From assembly GCF_018350175.1 (NCBI RefSeq), contig NC_058373.1:113896001-113960000 (forward strand): a DNA stretch of 64,000 bases. Direction: 5' to 3'. Position numbers and translations under genes: made by a program. The stretch comes from Felis catus. Taxonomy: Eukaryota. This document shows, one piece after another, positions 1 through 12,863 of this stretch. Position 1 is the first letter of the stretch; each line of letters opens with the position of its first letter. The notes under the pieces were generated by a model. That model did no database searches, was not told where the DNA came from, and was given only the letters and a program-made list of their open reading frames with translations.

Positions 1-529
1 AGGCCTCTTGTTTTCATGTGGCCTAATATTTTCTCACATCCCTGTGTTCATTTACTTCTCAAGGAAACAGACTGTATTCTCATAGTTATCCCAACTCACT
101 CACTCATAGGTAAGGCCAGAACTCAAGGACTTTACCCCATGAACACTTGCCTTGATGTTTTTCTTTCTGTAGATTCCTAGAACTGTTTTATGTTTTTCTA
201 ACTGAAGCTATCAGAGAAAGCTTATTGATCTTACCTTTGTGTTGGATAGGATGGTAAGAAGCTGAGAAGGAAAAACAAAGGAACTAGCATTTGCTTTGTC
301 TCAGGCACTGTGTTGGTCACTTTACATGTTAAACTAAAATGAAACCTAATTCCTAGGTACCATGTCTGCTAAGAAAAGCGATTCCAGTGAGCTTGCCATC
401 TTTGCACGTTTGTCATGTGTTCTGTTAACCCGTAGCTGTTCATATGGGATCATGGTTTTAACCTCAGAGATCCACCAGGGCCCTTTCTATGACATCTTTG
501 TGTCTTTCCCTTTAAATGGGGCTCAAGTA

Positions 530-726
530 AAGCATAAGAGACTGTTAAAAACTGAGAACAAACTGAGGGTTGATGGGGGGTGGGAGGGAAGGGAGGGTGG
601 GTGATGGGTATTGAGGAGGGCACCATTTGGGATGAGCACTGGGTGTTGTATGGAAACCAATTTGACAATAAATTACATATATTGAAAAAAAATAAATAAA
701 TAAACTTGGGGGGAAAATAAATAAAT
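530..726 (+). mobile_element. 5'-truncated felid L1 (3' UTR end plus A-rich tail)
   Basis: Typical carnivore L1 3' end (AAAACTGAGAACAAACTGAGGGTTGATGGGGGG...GAGCACTGGGTGTTGTATGGAAACCAATTTGACAATAAA). Perfect 16-bp TSD AAATGGGGCTCAAGTA at 514-529 and 727-742, at a TTT|AAA site. Confidence 0.92.
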
Positions 727-1974
727 AAATGGGGCTCAAGTACATTGACAAACCCAAATGGCATGTTCTTGCCTCTTGTAAGCTGCTATTTGGTGTTGGG
801 ACCCAGCATGGACTTTCTTTTCCTCTCTTCGTTTCTTTCTCTCTCTTTTTGTTCTTCCTTTGTTATGACAAAAACATATTTTTGCTCTTTTAAAATATCA
901 ATCATAATGTCATAAAGAAAATATTCGGTTTCATCATTTTGACTAAGTCTAATAAATATAGGTTCTATGTAAATTTAAATTCTTTTGAGTCTCATATTTT
1001 ATTTTTTAAAAATTTGTTTCTGCCCACCTCCTTCCCACCCGACCCGAGGCAGCCCAGCCCATGTGTATTTCCCCACCGGTCAAAGACTGTCACATGGTTC
1101 CCCTACCCCATCTTGTCTCTCTCTTCATGAATTCTGGGTTCACAATTCATATTCCACCCCCATCACTTCTGCACTGTGTGAATCTTGGGCACACACTGCC
1201 TCAGTTTCACTACTGAAGAACACTCGTTGGGCTATTATCAGGATTAAATGACCTGGTAGTGTCAGTCCCATCTCCCGATTCCCCCTGCTTCGGTCTACCC
1301 TGCACAGCTAACAGATCAGTTTGTCTCAGCCTGGCCGTGCCTTGCCTCTGAAGCTCCTCTGGGTCCTACCTCCTGTGCCTTGGCTCTGAGGTCCTTCCAG
1401 GCCAGTCTGCCATACTCTTCCAAACCTGTCTCTCACTACTCCCCAGCATAAACTCCCATCCTCCAGCTGGCCTGGCCTAGTCATCATTCCCTAAAGATGA
1501 ATTTGCCTTCTACACATTACACTTGGCTTAGTCCATCCCATTTGCCCTGGGTGACTTTCTTTTCTCATATTTGCTCATCAAAAATCGCATTACCCATCAC
1601 TAGCTTAGAGAACAGAAGTGACCTCCAGTCTCTGAACTCCTGGATAGTGTGCTAGATGGTACTTGTCTCCTGGAAAATGAAGATAATAACACACCTCATT
1701 TCCCCTTCTAGACTGTAAGCCCCATAAAAACGGGAAATCTACTTTTTCTTACATGTCAGTGTTTAATGAATATTGAACAGATAAATAATAAAGCTCTCTT
1801 TGCCACCATTTTGTCTTCTCAGTTTGAATTGGATTGCTTCCTCTAATGTCCAAACAGAGGAAGATAGAGTGTGTGTGCAATCGGGATTCTGCTGTACTTC
1901 ATCAACACACACTTTTTGAGTGCCTCCTAAATGTTAGAAACGGTGCTAATTGCTGGCATTAAAAATAAGAATTA

Positions 1975-2210
1975 TAGCTACTATTTACTGAGGGCTTTCT
2001 AGGTGCTAGACACCATGCTAAGTAAGTAATTTTCACAATTTCTTACTGAATACTCACGACAACCTTATGAGGAAGATATTGTCAGTGTATTGTCATGTAA
2101 GCAATAGGTCAGAGAAGTCAGTAACTTGTTCACGTTCGCCCAGCTCTAGTCAGTGGGAGAGCCGGGATTTGAACCCAGGTTGTCTGCCCCACAAATTTGT
2201 GCTCTTAACC
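1975..2210 (-). mobile_element. MIR SINE
   Basis: Reverse-complement MIR core (AGTAACTTGTTCAC...GGGATTTGAACCCAGG...TGCTCTTAACC). Confidence 0.75.
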
Positions 2211-2279
2211 GGATAAATAAGATATAGTTCTGGCTTTTGAGTTACGGGGTGTCCAGTAGTGAAGATATGCGAGCTGGTC

Positions 2280-2752
2280 TACATCTTCTCTGACTTCATC
2301 TTGGAACACCGTACTTCAGTCACCTGGCCTTCCCACTGTCCTTTCAGCATGCCAGACTCATTCCTGCCTCAGGACCCTGGCATTGCAGTAGTCCATTCTC
2401 ACCTGGAATGTTCTCAACCCTGATCTTCACAGCTGGCATGTCTCATCACCTTGACTAGAAAGTCATCTTCTAGAGATTTCCCTGAACTTCCCAGCTAAAG
2501 TAGCACTCTTCTTTCCCACCTCTCCCATACACTCTCTACCCTGATTGCCCTGTTTTATTTTTTTCTGGCGATTTATCACTGTGTGAATTGAGCACATATA
2601 CTTGCTTGTACATTCACTGTCTGTTTTCCCTGCTGGAATTGAAGCCCAGCGGTGGCAGGGATTTACTCAGCACTGAATTCCCAGTATTGAGAACAGGGCC
2701 TGGCACATAATAGGTGTTTAATAAATATTAGTTATATGTTGAGTGAATGAGT
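2280..2752 (+). mobile_element. L2 LINE 3' fragment
   Basis: L2 3' terminus motif AGAACAGGGCCTGGCACATAATAGGTGTTTAATAAATATT...TGAATGA. Confidence 0.7.
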
Positions 2753-2769
2753 GAAGTTTGGAGCAGATA

Positions 2770-3230
2770 ACTGTTTCAGGTTGCATTCTGCAAAAAGAGG
2801 ATATGGGGTAGACTTTGGGTGCAAGATGTTGCAGGGATCAACACTTGTGAAAGGAAGGGAAAGGAGCAGGATTGAGCCAGAAGGAGGAACTAAGCTGTGA
2901 TACAGATCCAACAGAGTTTCAGCCAATCCTGTGGCAAGTTCTATACTGCCTAAAAATAAAGTACTCCCCCCCCCCACCCACTAGACTAATAAAAAACTAG
3001 CATTATAGTTTAAAATCAGGTTTACTCTAGAACTTGCTGTGGCCTTTATACCCACGCCCTCCCCCACTGTGCCTCTTAGTTAAAGGATGTGATCTACTCC
3101 TACAAGGGTATGACCTTGGGCAAGGAGGTCCTCTAAAACTGAGGCTGGCAGTAAAGGAGTTGATATTGAGGCTGTCTGCTGACATTGACCCCATGGCTGT
3201 ATGGCAAGTCTTTCCTTGAAGGGGCCTTTG
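2770..3230. mobile_element. Old ERVL-type LTR fragment(s), LTR33/LTR41-like
   Basis: Resembles a remembered ERVL LTR consensus (GGATCAACACTTGTGAAAGGAAGGG...AGCAGGATTG; GTGACCTTGGGC...GAGGCTGTCTGCTGAC). Family is uncertain. Confidence 0.45.
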
Positions 3231-3564
3231 GGTAATGCACTTTAATTTCTGCCAGTTAATGATACCATAAGTTGTATGTACCTTAAGCATCATTATCACT
3301 GTTTTTAAGATGTGGTCTTCAGAATTAATTTATATCTAAAATCTGGGACTATATACCAGAAATTTTAAAGCAAATTTGTTACCTTTAACAATCATTGCTT
3401 TGATTCACATATGATAATCGATGACATTTCTTTCAGCTTTTTTTTTTTTTTTGTAGCCATAATATCTGGTATTATAATTTTTGGAAATGCACCAAAAACT
3501 TACCTAGAATTATCATGCCTAGTGACATATCTTCAAGGTGATTGCATTTAAGAAAAAAATGTTG

Positions 3565-3784
3565 GTTTATTTATTTATTTTGAGAGAGAGAGAGAGAGAG
3601 AGAGCAAGAGAAAGAGAGCAAGAACAGGGAGGGGCATAGAGAAAGGGAGAGAGAGAATCCCAAGCAGGCTCTGTGTTGTCAGTCTGGACCCCAGCACAGG
3701 ACTCGATCTCACGACCCATGAGATCATGACCTGAGCCAAGATCAAGAATTGGACACTTAACTGACTGAACCACCCAGGTGCCTC
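3565..3784 (-). mobile_element. SINEC (CAN-SINE)
   Basis: T-rich tail, (GA)n, GAGATCATGACCTGAGCC, ends CACCCAGGTGCCTC. Confidence 0.93.
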
Positions 3785-6700
3785 AAGATGATTACTTGTT
3801 TTTAGCCTTTACAAGTTCCAGTAAATAGAAGTTTCTTTTTTTTCTTGTATAAAGTATTGTTCAATTTTTTTCTGTTGTAAATTTACTTATACAATTTTTT
3901 AGTCTGAAAGCAACTTTCTGCATATGATTTCATATTTTTAATAGTTTATCTTTTTGGTTAGGTCATTGGCATGTAAAAATTAATGAGTAACATAACTATA
4001 AGTTATCATAGTTGGTGTTATTTGTATTTTCTGAGGTCTAGAGCTTGCTGATTTTTTTTTTTTTGGATCCAGGCTTTTCCTTCCTTGGGGAAGTCAGTTT
4101 CCCTTTGTTCACTTATTTATAGTTTTACTGTGGGCATGGTTTGGAGACTTGGTTTTTATTGCTTCAATTGCTGTATAGTAATTGACATACTATACACATT
4201 CCAGGTCCCATGTTCCATTTACATGTGGACATACACCACTTGATGACTCACATAGACTATAATAAATCCCCTTTCTTCTGGGATATCTTTGAGATTCTGG
4301 CTCATTGTGTTGGTCTGTTCTCCTTAAACATGGGACTGACAGCATAGACTATTGGAAACAACTGACCTTTTATTTCTACTGGCATTTCATCACCATGGGT
4401 GCATCAGAATCTAATTATGTGTTGATTTGTAATCAACAGAAGCTTCCTCTCATTTAGTTTTCTGCTGACTTAATTTTCTCCCTGTTTGGAAACCTCCAGA
4501 ATTATTATATCAATTTCAATTTCTTAAACAGGTTTCCTTTCACATTGGCCTGCTTCCAGTCCATTATTTATGTATTCATCTACTCTGTCCACCCATGTTA
4601 TTTGTTTCAAAAAGCAAAAAAACAAGACAAAAATGCTGATATATTGGTGGGCTCTGTGCTGCCATCTGAAATGTTATGGAACGAACTATTTATGTTGTTA
4701 CTGCTCTCTATGAATTATCTCAATGGCCCATAAATCTCTGCTATATAAGATGGACTTGACCTTAAGGGGAAAAAAAAATCTTAACCAGAATCCTCACTGA
4801 AGTCTGATTTGGCTATAATAAGAATTCATCAAAAACATAGAAGCTGCATTTCCTAGGAAATTGAGGCTTTTTCCTGTATTTGGGAGTGGTAAAGGATACG
4901 CCCAAGAACTTGGAACAGATACGGTATTGGCAGACAAACAAAAGATCTGTAGGGTAGGACTTCCTTTTTATTCCCTGAGCTCTCTCTCCCATTGTCTCAG
5001 GGAAGATGGGGCAAATACCCAGACAGAAGCTGCTTCAGTATTGTCTTTTATTGATAGGCTGCTTGTGTTCAGTGATTCCTCTGGCCCATAGTGTTGGCTG
5101 GACAGTTGGAGGCTTTTTGAAGCCATTGTATTGTTGGAGAATAATTAGGGTGAATGAAGCAGGGGGTAGGGGTTAACAACAATTCTTTGTTGCAAGCAAT
5201 TGCTAGTCTTGGCATCAGTATTGGTAACAAGGCCAATCTACTGGAAGGAATCGAAACAAAAGATGGAGAGGTTGCGGTTGGTTTGTCTAATCCATCCAGC
5301 AAATCCACCCATGCATGGCCATTGTGCCCTGTGAGCTCTCTGGAAATGCCTTTGGTCACACTGCATTCCAAGCCAATGGGTGGGTGATCTCTGGACAGTC
5401 TTGTACATGAATTTCCTAGAATGCTTCCCATAGCAAAAAAAAAAAAAAGGGGTGGGGGAGTGGGATGCACAGGTGTTGCCTTGGCAATTAATCAGCATAC
5501 TTCATAAAGAAAATAATCTCCTAACATTTGGGTAGTTGAATGAGGGTGGTATGAAAGGCTTATGATCTTTCCCTTCGAAGGAGGTGTCAGAGAATATCCT
5601 GACACAAAAGAGTTGAGATGTGTTGACTGATACCAAGGTGAAAACACCTAGACAAAACTATGTCTTGCATCTTCACTGTCTCCTCCAGCCTCTCTAGGCC
5701 AGTCAGGCCTTGTCCTGATCCTAGGGGTCTTAATTCCACTTAAATTGTGATTTAGAGGACCCCCAGTCAGGCTGAGGTCCAGCAAACTGGGGTGGCTATG
5801 AATTTAATACTTCTAAGAGAGTGGTTCTTTCTGGAAGGCTTTACAAACTGGATGCCTGTCTCCCTCCTCTGATTTGGGGAACTATCCCTGCTGCTAAGTT
5901 TGAGTCAAGTAGACTTCCAGCTACGGTTGATCAGATTCATAATGTGTCACTAGTACGTGGCTGTTGCCTCCTTGGAGCCCATCATTCAGATTGTATAGCA
6001 TTGGTGGGATTTGCTAGTGTGTGATGAGGCTTACGTCCTTCCCCCAAATCAGCTTTCCAGCAGGGGTTCCCAAGCATGGGGTGGCCTGCCTCAAATATTT
6101 GTTTCAAATTGCACAACAAAAGTTATCCTGTATATCTTTTCCTGTTGCTTTATCAAAAAGGACAGAAACACAGAGGCATTTGGGAGGGAGGCCTGTCTCC
6201 AAGAAGGTTTTTTGACCTCAGGCACCTATCCCCAAAAGGTGAATTCCTGCTCTTACATACTGAGCAGGATATTAATCCCACAGTCTGATTTAAACCAATG
6301 ATGGCTTACATTTGTGATCTCAAACCAGGGACGTTCAAGATCACTATTAAACTCTAAGCAGTGAGGCAGAGGTGGTGTTCACCTACACATTATTTTGAGA
6401 GTGCACCTGACTTGTTGGGTGCATGTGTGCAAGAGAGGAGTGTGGGTTTTCAGGGAACGGGGGAAGGTGGTATGGATAGTAGAGGAGGGGAGTGCAGCGT
6501 GCTTACTGTAGTTTGTCAGCTGTCCTGGAAAACTGCCAAAATGGATGAGCTACAACAAGCCTTCAGGGTTTTTGTAAGCCAAGGAGAGGCAAGGCCCCTC
6601 CTTTTAAAAGGCTGTATGGAATTTAGACTTAAAGTTTCATGTGTATTTGGTTTGGGGCAAATGTGAAATCCCAGAACTTTCCTCAGAAAAGTGTTAGCTC

Positions 6701-7689
6701 CCAGGAACCCACAGTGGGCCTAACTCCACGGACGGAAGTGTGTCCTAAGGGAGAAGAAAGAATCCGGCCCCACCTTTCCATTTAGCCTGCTGGCTCTGTT
6801 TGGCCAGCAGAGAAAGATTGATGAGAACCCTGATTAAGTTTGTTTCCATGGCCTCCAGCAGATTATTGGCAAGGCCTGAAAAAATCCTTTTGATATGGGT
6901 GGGGGGAGTTCCAGTAGATGGGGGGAAGGGAAGGGACTAAATCTTCCTGGCCCAAATGTGCCATGATGTATACAAACATAGCAGCCGGGTGAATGAGCTG
7001 AGCATTTTTTACAAGGCTAGGCACCGCCATCACCCTAAGGGAGAGCGAATCTGGGACATTTAAAATAAGGCGGCTTCCATATGGCAAGAAGAGCTTGTAA
7101 ACCCAGTGTGGTTGTGATTTCTGAAAGAGAACTCAATGACTGGCTTTTTCTAGGCTGAGTGGTATCTTTTATTGGCAATCATGTTCCAAGTCTGATCCCT
7201 CTGCAGTGTGACTTTGGTCTGACGTTCACGTCATGAAATCTCCAGACTATTTGTGCTGTACTCCCAAGTAATGTTGACATTTGTGGGGAGGGAGTAAATC
7301 TGGATAAATACAACTCTTTTCTTGGCATTGTTAGAAATATTACTAAAAAGAGCAAAAAGTGTTTTCAGGGCTAAATGGAAGCAAAATCTTTCTTTGGAAT
7401 TTTGAAAGCCTAGGTAGGTGGCTGGGTAAGCACTTTCCTGCAGCCTGTTTGTTTTAGCCCACGGTGGTTTCTGAGGAGTTTTAAGAGATTCTCTGATAGA
7501 GGACACAAAAACACCGCTACTGCGACGGCCATCTCTCTTGAGGCTGTCCTTTCCTCCTGTGACTGGAAATTTATATAAACTTTTAGGACTTTTCTGAAGA
7601 ATTACGGTATAGCTAGTCTACCTCGAGCTTTGAATTTTCTTTGAATTTCACTATCAAAAGTGGAAGAACAACTTTTCAATATAGAACTG

Positions 7690-7830
7690 GAAGGAGAGGT
7701 TAGTTTACCCCTTACTTTTTGCACATTTGGAAACTGAAATTGAGAGCAGTTAAGTGACTTGCCTGCAGTTACCCGACTTGGTTCATATGGGAACAGAAAC
7801 AAAAAACTCCAGTTTCCTGATGCCTGGTTT
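7690..7830 (-). mobile_element. MIR fragment
   Basis: GGAAACTGAAATTGAGAGCAGTTAAGTGACTTGCC matches the reverse-complement MIR core. Confidence 0.55.
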
Positions 7831-8239
7831 ATCATCACCCTGTGGGCTATGCCCATGAGAAGGAAAGTTCAGTTCAGGTTCTCTGTAACTTTAAGAACTT
7901 GGAGGAATATATCAACCTTAGTAGAAACAGCTAATCAAGATAACCTTATCATTCTCAAGGGAACACAATTTTAAGGAGAAACACTTGGAGTAACCTGATT
8001 TTAGACTGCAATGCTAATCTTCACTAGTCTAGCAGGGGGATCTTTTCATGTTGTTGCGTGAATATTTGAACATTTTCTTTTAACCATAAAAGCACTTTAT
8101 TTGAGAATGAACACTAGCACTCTAAGACAAGCTGGTTGCACAAGCCCTTTACACAGGGGGCCACATACACATCAGTGAGAGCCATAAACCAGAGAAGGGA
8201 ATAATAGTGTGAGGAGATGGTCCTCATGGTACTTTATAG

Positions 8240-8440
8240 TTGGCAGAATGCCTTCACACACATTATCTAAGCGACCCTCTAGGACAGTTTTGTGAAAGTT
8301 GAAAGAACAGACCTAGGTGCTGTTTTCTAGTAAACCAGATCACAGCTCAGAGACACTGAGCCACGTACGCAGCCTAGCTGGGAAGCTACTGACTGGGGAC
8401 TCAAACCCAGGCTTTCTCTCCAGGCTACAACTCATTTCAT
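8240..8440 (-). mobile_element. MIR fragment
   Basis: Degenerate core ending CTGGGGACTCAAACCCAGGCTTTCT. Confidence 0.5.
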
Positions 8441-8925
8441 TACCTCCTTAGACCTTCGCTATAGAAGGGATAACAACCTTATATAGAAATCCTTGTTTTC
8501 TCTTTTTTTTCCTCTCTTCTTCAGGGCAGAAAGTGTAAGTGGCTACACTGTCCACGCCCAGTCCTAGGTGATTTCACTTCCTGGTTTGTATTATTGTACC
8601 CATGGTATTTACCTTCATGGAAGTATTTGCCTTACCTTATATTCCTCCTTGCATGGAGGAGTAGGTCTTTTAAAAATCCTTAAAATGGGTTTTTGAGGTT
8701 CTACCCCTTTCTCCCTCACATCCTAACTGCAGACCTAATGCTTTCTGGCTTTCCATTCAAACGAGAAGAGGACTATTGTAATTGTTGGTGATGCCTCCTC
8801 AGGGTGCCAGCATAAATGAAGGAGGTTCTTTTTTAGAAAGGAAAAAAAATGCAATTAGCAATGTTCTTGATCCCACCCCCCCACCGCCACTTTTAACACA
8901 AGCGGTCATTTGCTTGTTTCGCGTA

Positions 8926-8944
8926 CAACACTAGGTGGCAGAAT
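8926..8944 (+). promoter_or_regulatory. Candidate CTCF-binding site
   Basis: CAACACTAGGTGGCAGAAT has one mismatch to the CCASYAGRKGGCRS core, with several retained CpGs immediately upstream. Confidence 0.5.
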
Positions 8945-11900
8945 GACTACACCAGAAAGTAGGGTATCCTTTGTTTCTTGCTTCTCTAGGTGCTGGGACC
9001 TGAATAGTGAGGCATAAACCATCTGTGGCCGCATGAGATCTGACCAGACAACCTGGCCAATATTTTCTTGACAGGGAACTGGCTGCAGTGATTCTAAAAC
9101 ATATGCTTCCAAGATACTGCCTTTAAGGTTTCCCTCTTTCTTTCTTTTTTCCCCCAGCTCCCAGCATTTTAAATTTTTCTGCCCCATTGCATTCATGTAG
9201 CAGAGGGCAGACAGGGCCTGCAGGCAGCTGCTTTGAAATGGCAGATTGGGGTGGATGCACCCAGTGGCGCTGGCACTCCAGCCCTGTGTGCCAGTGGCTC
9301 ATCGAGGGTCTGGGGGAGAGGCGCCTGAGCCCTTGCCCTGAGTGGTGTCCGTCGCTCTGGCTGAGGGGCAGCAGTGGCCCGGCTGGGTCAGCTTGAAGAT
9401 GCTGCCTTCACCAACCCAGGTGTACAAAGCAGGTTTTTGTTTTTAGAGAACAGCCTGATGGTGGTTCGGCTCTTTTCTCCTGTAGAAATAGGGCTGCATG
9501 GTCTGGGGAACATTGCCCCCAGTTTTTGTTTTCTAACCATGCGCTGGTGTCTCAGCACACTCCGAGGGTCTGTTACCCTGGGCACTTCACATGCCACAGG
9601 GAGCACAAGGCTACATCAAGCTGAGGCACCAGTTTTGTCCTGCCGTGTTGGGAAGCACAGGAACTTGGGGCACAGAAATACTTCCTTGAGTTTTTGCTGA
9701 AAAAGAAAAGAGTAGCATTAAAACAAAACTACATACGTACAACTCATGATAACACCAAGTAGACACTGCATAAAGGAACTCCAGTGAAATCAAGTCTGAA
9801 TGTATAAAATTGATCATAAGGATTTTATTTTAATTATGGAAGCATTCTGTACTTTACAACTGGAACCACAATTGGATTTCATTAAATAGCAAGTTCCTGA
9901 TGTGAATTGTAAATGGTTCCATTTACAAACATGAAAAAAATAAGTATTTAAACCTTGACTTTTCAGGACCCGCTTGTCGCATAAAACAAAGACTAACTGG
10001 ACTGTAGTTTTACAGACGTACTCATCCCACACTCTCTGCTACTTTCCAACTGGGAATCTCAGGGTAGCTTTAGTTTGTAGTTGGGGGTGCTGGGATTACC
10101 CTACTTTTGCAGAGAAGGCACTGGTGGCTTGAAGGGCTTGCTGAGGTGACGCAGGTGAGTGGCCGGGGATCAGGATTAGCCTGTTGATTGGGGGAGGGGG
10201 GCTTTGTTTATTAGTTTGCCTGCCAAGGCTGCTACTCTTTCATAAAGAATAAACTGTATGACTCTTGAGAATACCTGAAACAACACCTATAAATCAGACC
10301 AAGCATATCAATCACAGGCCACCACCATAGTGATGCTTTGAAGCTAGAAGATTGTGAGACTTTCTTGTTTGTTAAGAATGAAATGTCATAAAAATTCCAG
10401 AGCAGGGTTCAAATTTCCAGGGGGAGGGGACCTCTTTATTGTTTCCTCTAATAGCTGCTTTGGTGCTTTAGTGAATCAATGTGTTGCACAAAATAACCCT
10501 AGATGCAGTCTCTGAACTATAGCCTGGCTTTGCTCCCACTTTTGTGTTTAGCATCCATTCTGAATTACTTATGATATTTTTGCTGTTGTTTGTCACTCCT
10601 TCCTCCTCACTGCCACCCCCCCCCCCACCATTTGTTCTGTCTTTATTTTCACACCCTCCAATTAATTGGTATCTTCTGCTCTTAGGACTACAGCAAATGT
10701 GTCTGTGCATTTTTATGTGGATCTTCACTATGCAGGCCATGCTTTTAAGTTTCTGGAATAGAACAATGGCAAAAATGAGTCACGGCTTGCTTCTATATTT
10801 GTTTCTGAGTCAAGAAGCTTAATTTTCTCATTATAATTTTCAAGGTATAGAGCTGTGTAGTTTACTTTTAAGGGAACTCAAATTTAAACAACTTCTTTAA
10901 ATAGATACTTTTCATATATTGCAGCATTCTCTGGGTTTGTATTTCCAAAATGAACAACACGGTGGTAGTGGTTTTATTATTTTTATCTGTAGGGGGAAAA
11001 AACATCCAAAATGGGCAACATTCTCTGGGACTAGGCTTTTTAGGTGTTACCCAGACCTGCACATAGCCTTAGGATAATCAGCATTAATTCACTGAGGGCC
11101 TTATACCTACATCTAAATGACATCTCAAAACCAGAGACCTGAGGGGCTGGGGTCTAACTCTAAGAAAATAGGAGAGTAGAGGTGAGGGATAGTGGGCATC
11201 CCTAGGAGAGGAGAGAATGTTGGCAAAATAGGATGACAGAGGTGAACTGGATGCTCAGCCGCAGTGCAGTGGCAGAGTTGTGAGCAAAGTGTGACCAAAA
11301 GTTCTGGTCCCTGCACCCTCATGGACACAAGCTATAGACACCCGTTTACTATGGTTTTCAGCGTTAAAGAGCCAACTAGTGTTCCCGAGTCGCAGTTTAT
11401 TGAGCTCTCCAATGCAGCCTCATAACTTACATTAATTGGGAGGAAAATGCTTCCAGAGAAAAGAGATGCTGGACAAAACAACTTCGTCTTTGACCAGTTG
11501 TCAAGGTCCTGCTGTTTGGAGTCACTGACAAGTCCTTGGCTCTTGTATGACAGACCCAAAGAAAAAGAAGTGATTCATCTTCTTCTCTTGCACCTTTCAA
11601 GGAGGAATTTTTTTTTTCTTTAAGACAGATTTTGTTTATGGACTTAACGTCACTGGCCGTGGCCAGTGGGTTCAGACTCTCTATAATTTACTATTGTGCT
11701 CCTCCCCCACTAAGTGTGTGCACCTCGAGGAGCGCCATCCCATTAAAATTCCTTCTTAAAAGCATAAGGTGAAAGAGCCAGGCATGTGTTGTTTTTTTAG
11801 AGGGGAGTGTAGCCACAGAAGGGAAGAGGTCCCAATCCTTTTCTCTTTTAAATGCCGGTAAATAGCTTGAAGCCTGTGGAAACTTTTTGAAGGAATGTGG

Positions 11901-12197
11901 AGGAGTTGTCACTTGACTCTCATGTTTAGGAGAACAGAATAAAGGAAATAATTTTAAGAAAAGAGACTTTCCCATGATGGGCTTCTGTTCTCTGAAGTGT
12001 TCTGCAAACATCCCATCTATTCCTCTGTGTGCACAAGCCACCTGAAGTGGCCTCGGTGTCTGCTGGGCCCAGCATCTTTGCTCATTGCCGTCATGATTGT
12101 TTTCAGACTTCAGTGCTGTCCTTTCCAGCTCAATCCTTATGAAAATGTGAAATGCTGTTGTGGTTTTTTTTTTTTTTTTTAAAGATTTGAGGATCAC

Positions 12198-12294
12198 TTT
12201 TTTTAAATTATTTTTTAGAGGGAGAGTGTGTGTGAGCAGGGGAGAGGGGCAGAGGAAGAGAGAGAGAGAAGAGGGAGAGGGAGAGGGAGAGGGA

Positions 12295-12344
<50 letters not shown>

Positions 12345-12404
12345 CTCAAGCAGTCTCCACGCTCAGCACAGAGCCTGATGGGAGGCTCGATCCCACAGCC
12401 CTGG
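12198..12404 (-). mobile_element. SINEC lacking its 5' head
   Basis: T tail, (GAGAGG)n/(GA)n and body up to GGCTCGATCCCACAGCCCTGG, after which homology stops abruptly. No TSD found. Confidence 0.88.
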
Positions 12405-12821
12405 TTCAGTCATAACAGACACTGGTGTGTTTCCCATAACATCTGAAAGAATTTTTACATAAATGTGTTAGCATAACATCTTTAAATAACACTGTTCTTT
12501 CTCACTATTGAAAACACCAGTGTCTGTTATGCCTGAACACAGTTCTCACTCAGCCATGCACATAAAGATTGACCTGTCTGCCATTTGGAGAAGGCTTTGT
12601 AACCTGTGAGGCACAGGAAGGAACTGATGTTTATTGAGAATTTAAAAGGAGTGTCTTTCACAGCCAATAGCCTTTCATTTTTGAGTCCCTTAATTCTAAA
12701 GGGTCTTTTGCAGCTTCTACAAAAGAGAAAGAGCTCAAATTCCTCTTTTAATCCTACAGCCTGAAGGAATTGAGTATACCTATAGCCAGGCAGCTAAAAC
12801 TTAAAAATAGCAAAACAATTT

Positions 12822-12823
<2 letters not shown>

Positions 12824-12862
<39 letters not shown>
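12824..12862. repeat. (CA)n microsatellite
   Basis: About 19 perfect AC units. Confidence 0.97.

Positions 12863-12863
<1 letters not shown>

Noticed and set aside
86..259. TAG|GTAAGG at 109/110 with a downstream donor at 253/254 (another recursive-site-like pattern)
   Set aside because: The pyrimidine tract is poor and there is a nearby upstream AG. It shows that such patterns arise by chance.
5069..5498. Cluster of ORFs, including a protein-like 77-aa ORF (5154-5387)
   Set aside because: I could not match it to any known protein or retrocopy, and there is no poly(A) or TSD. A tBLASTn/PhyloCSF check would be needed to revive it.
11691..12197. 168-aa minus-strand ORF
   Set aside because: Starts at GTG next to a poly-T run (poly-Lys), with no homology recognised.
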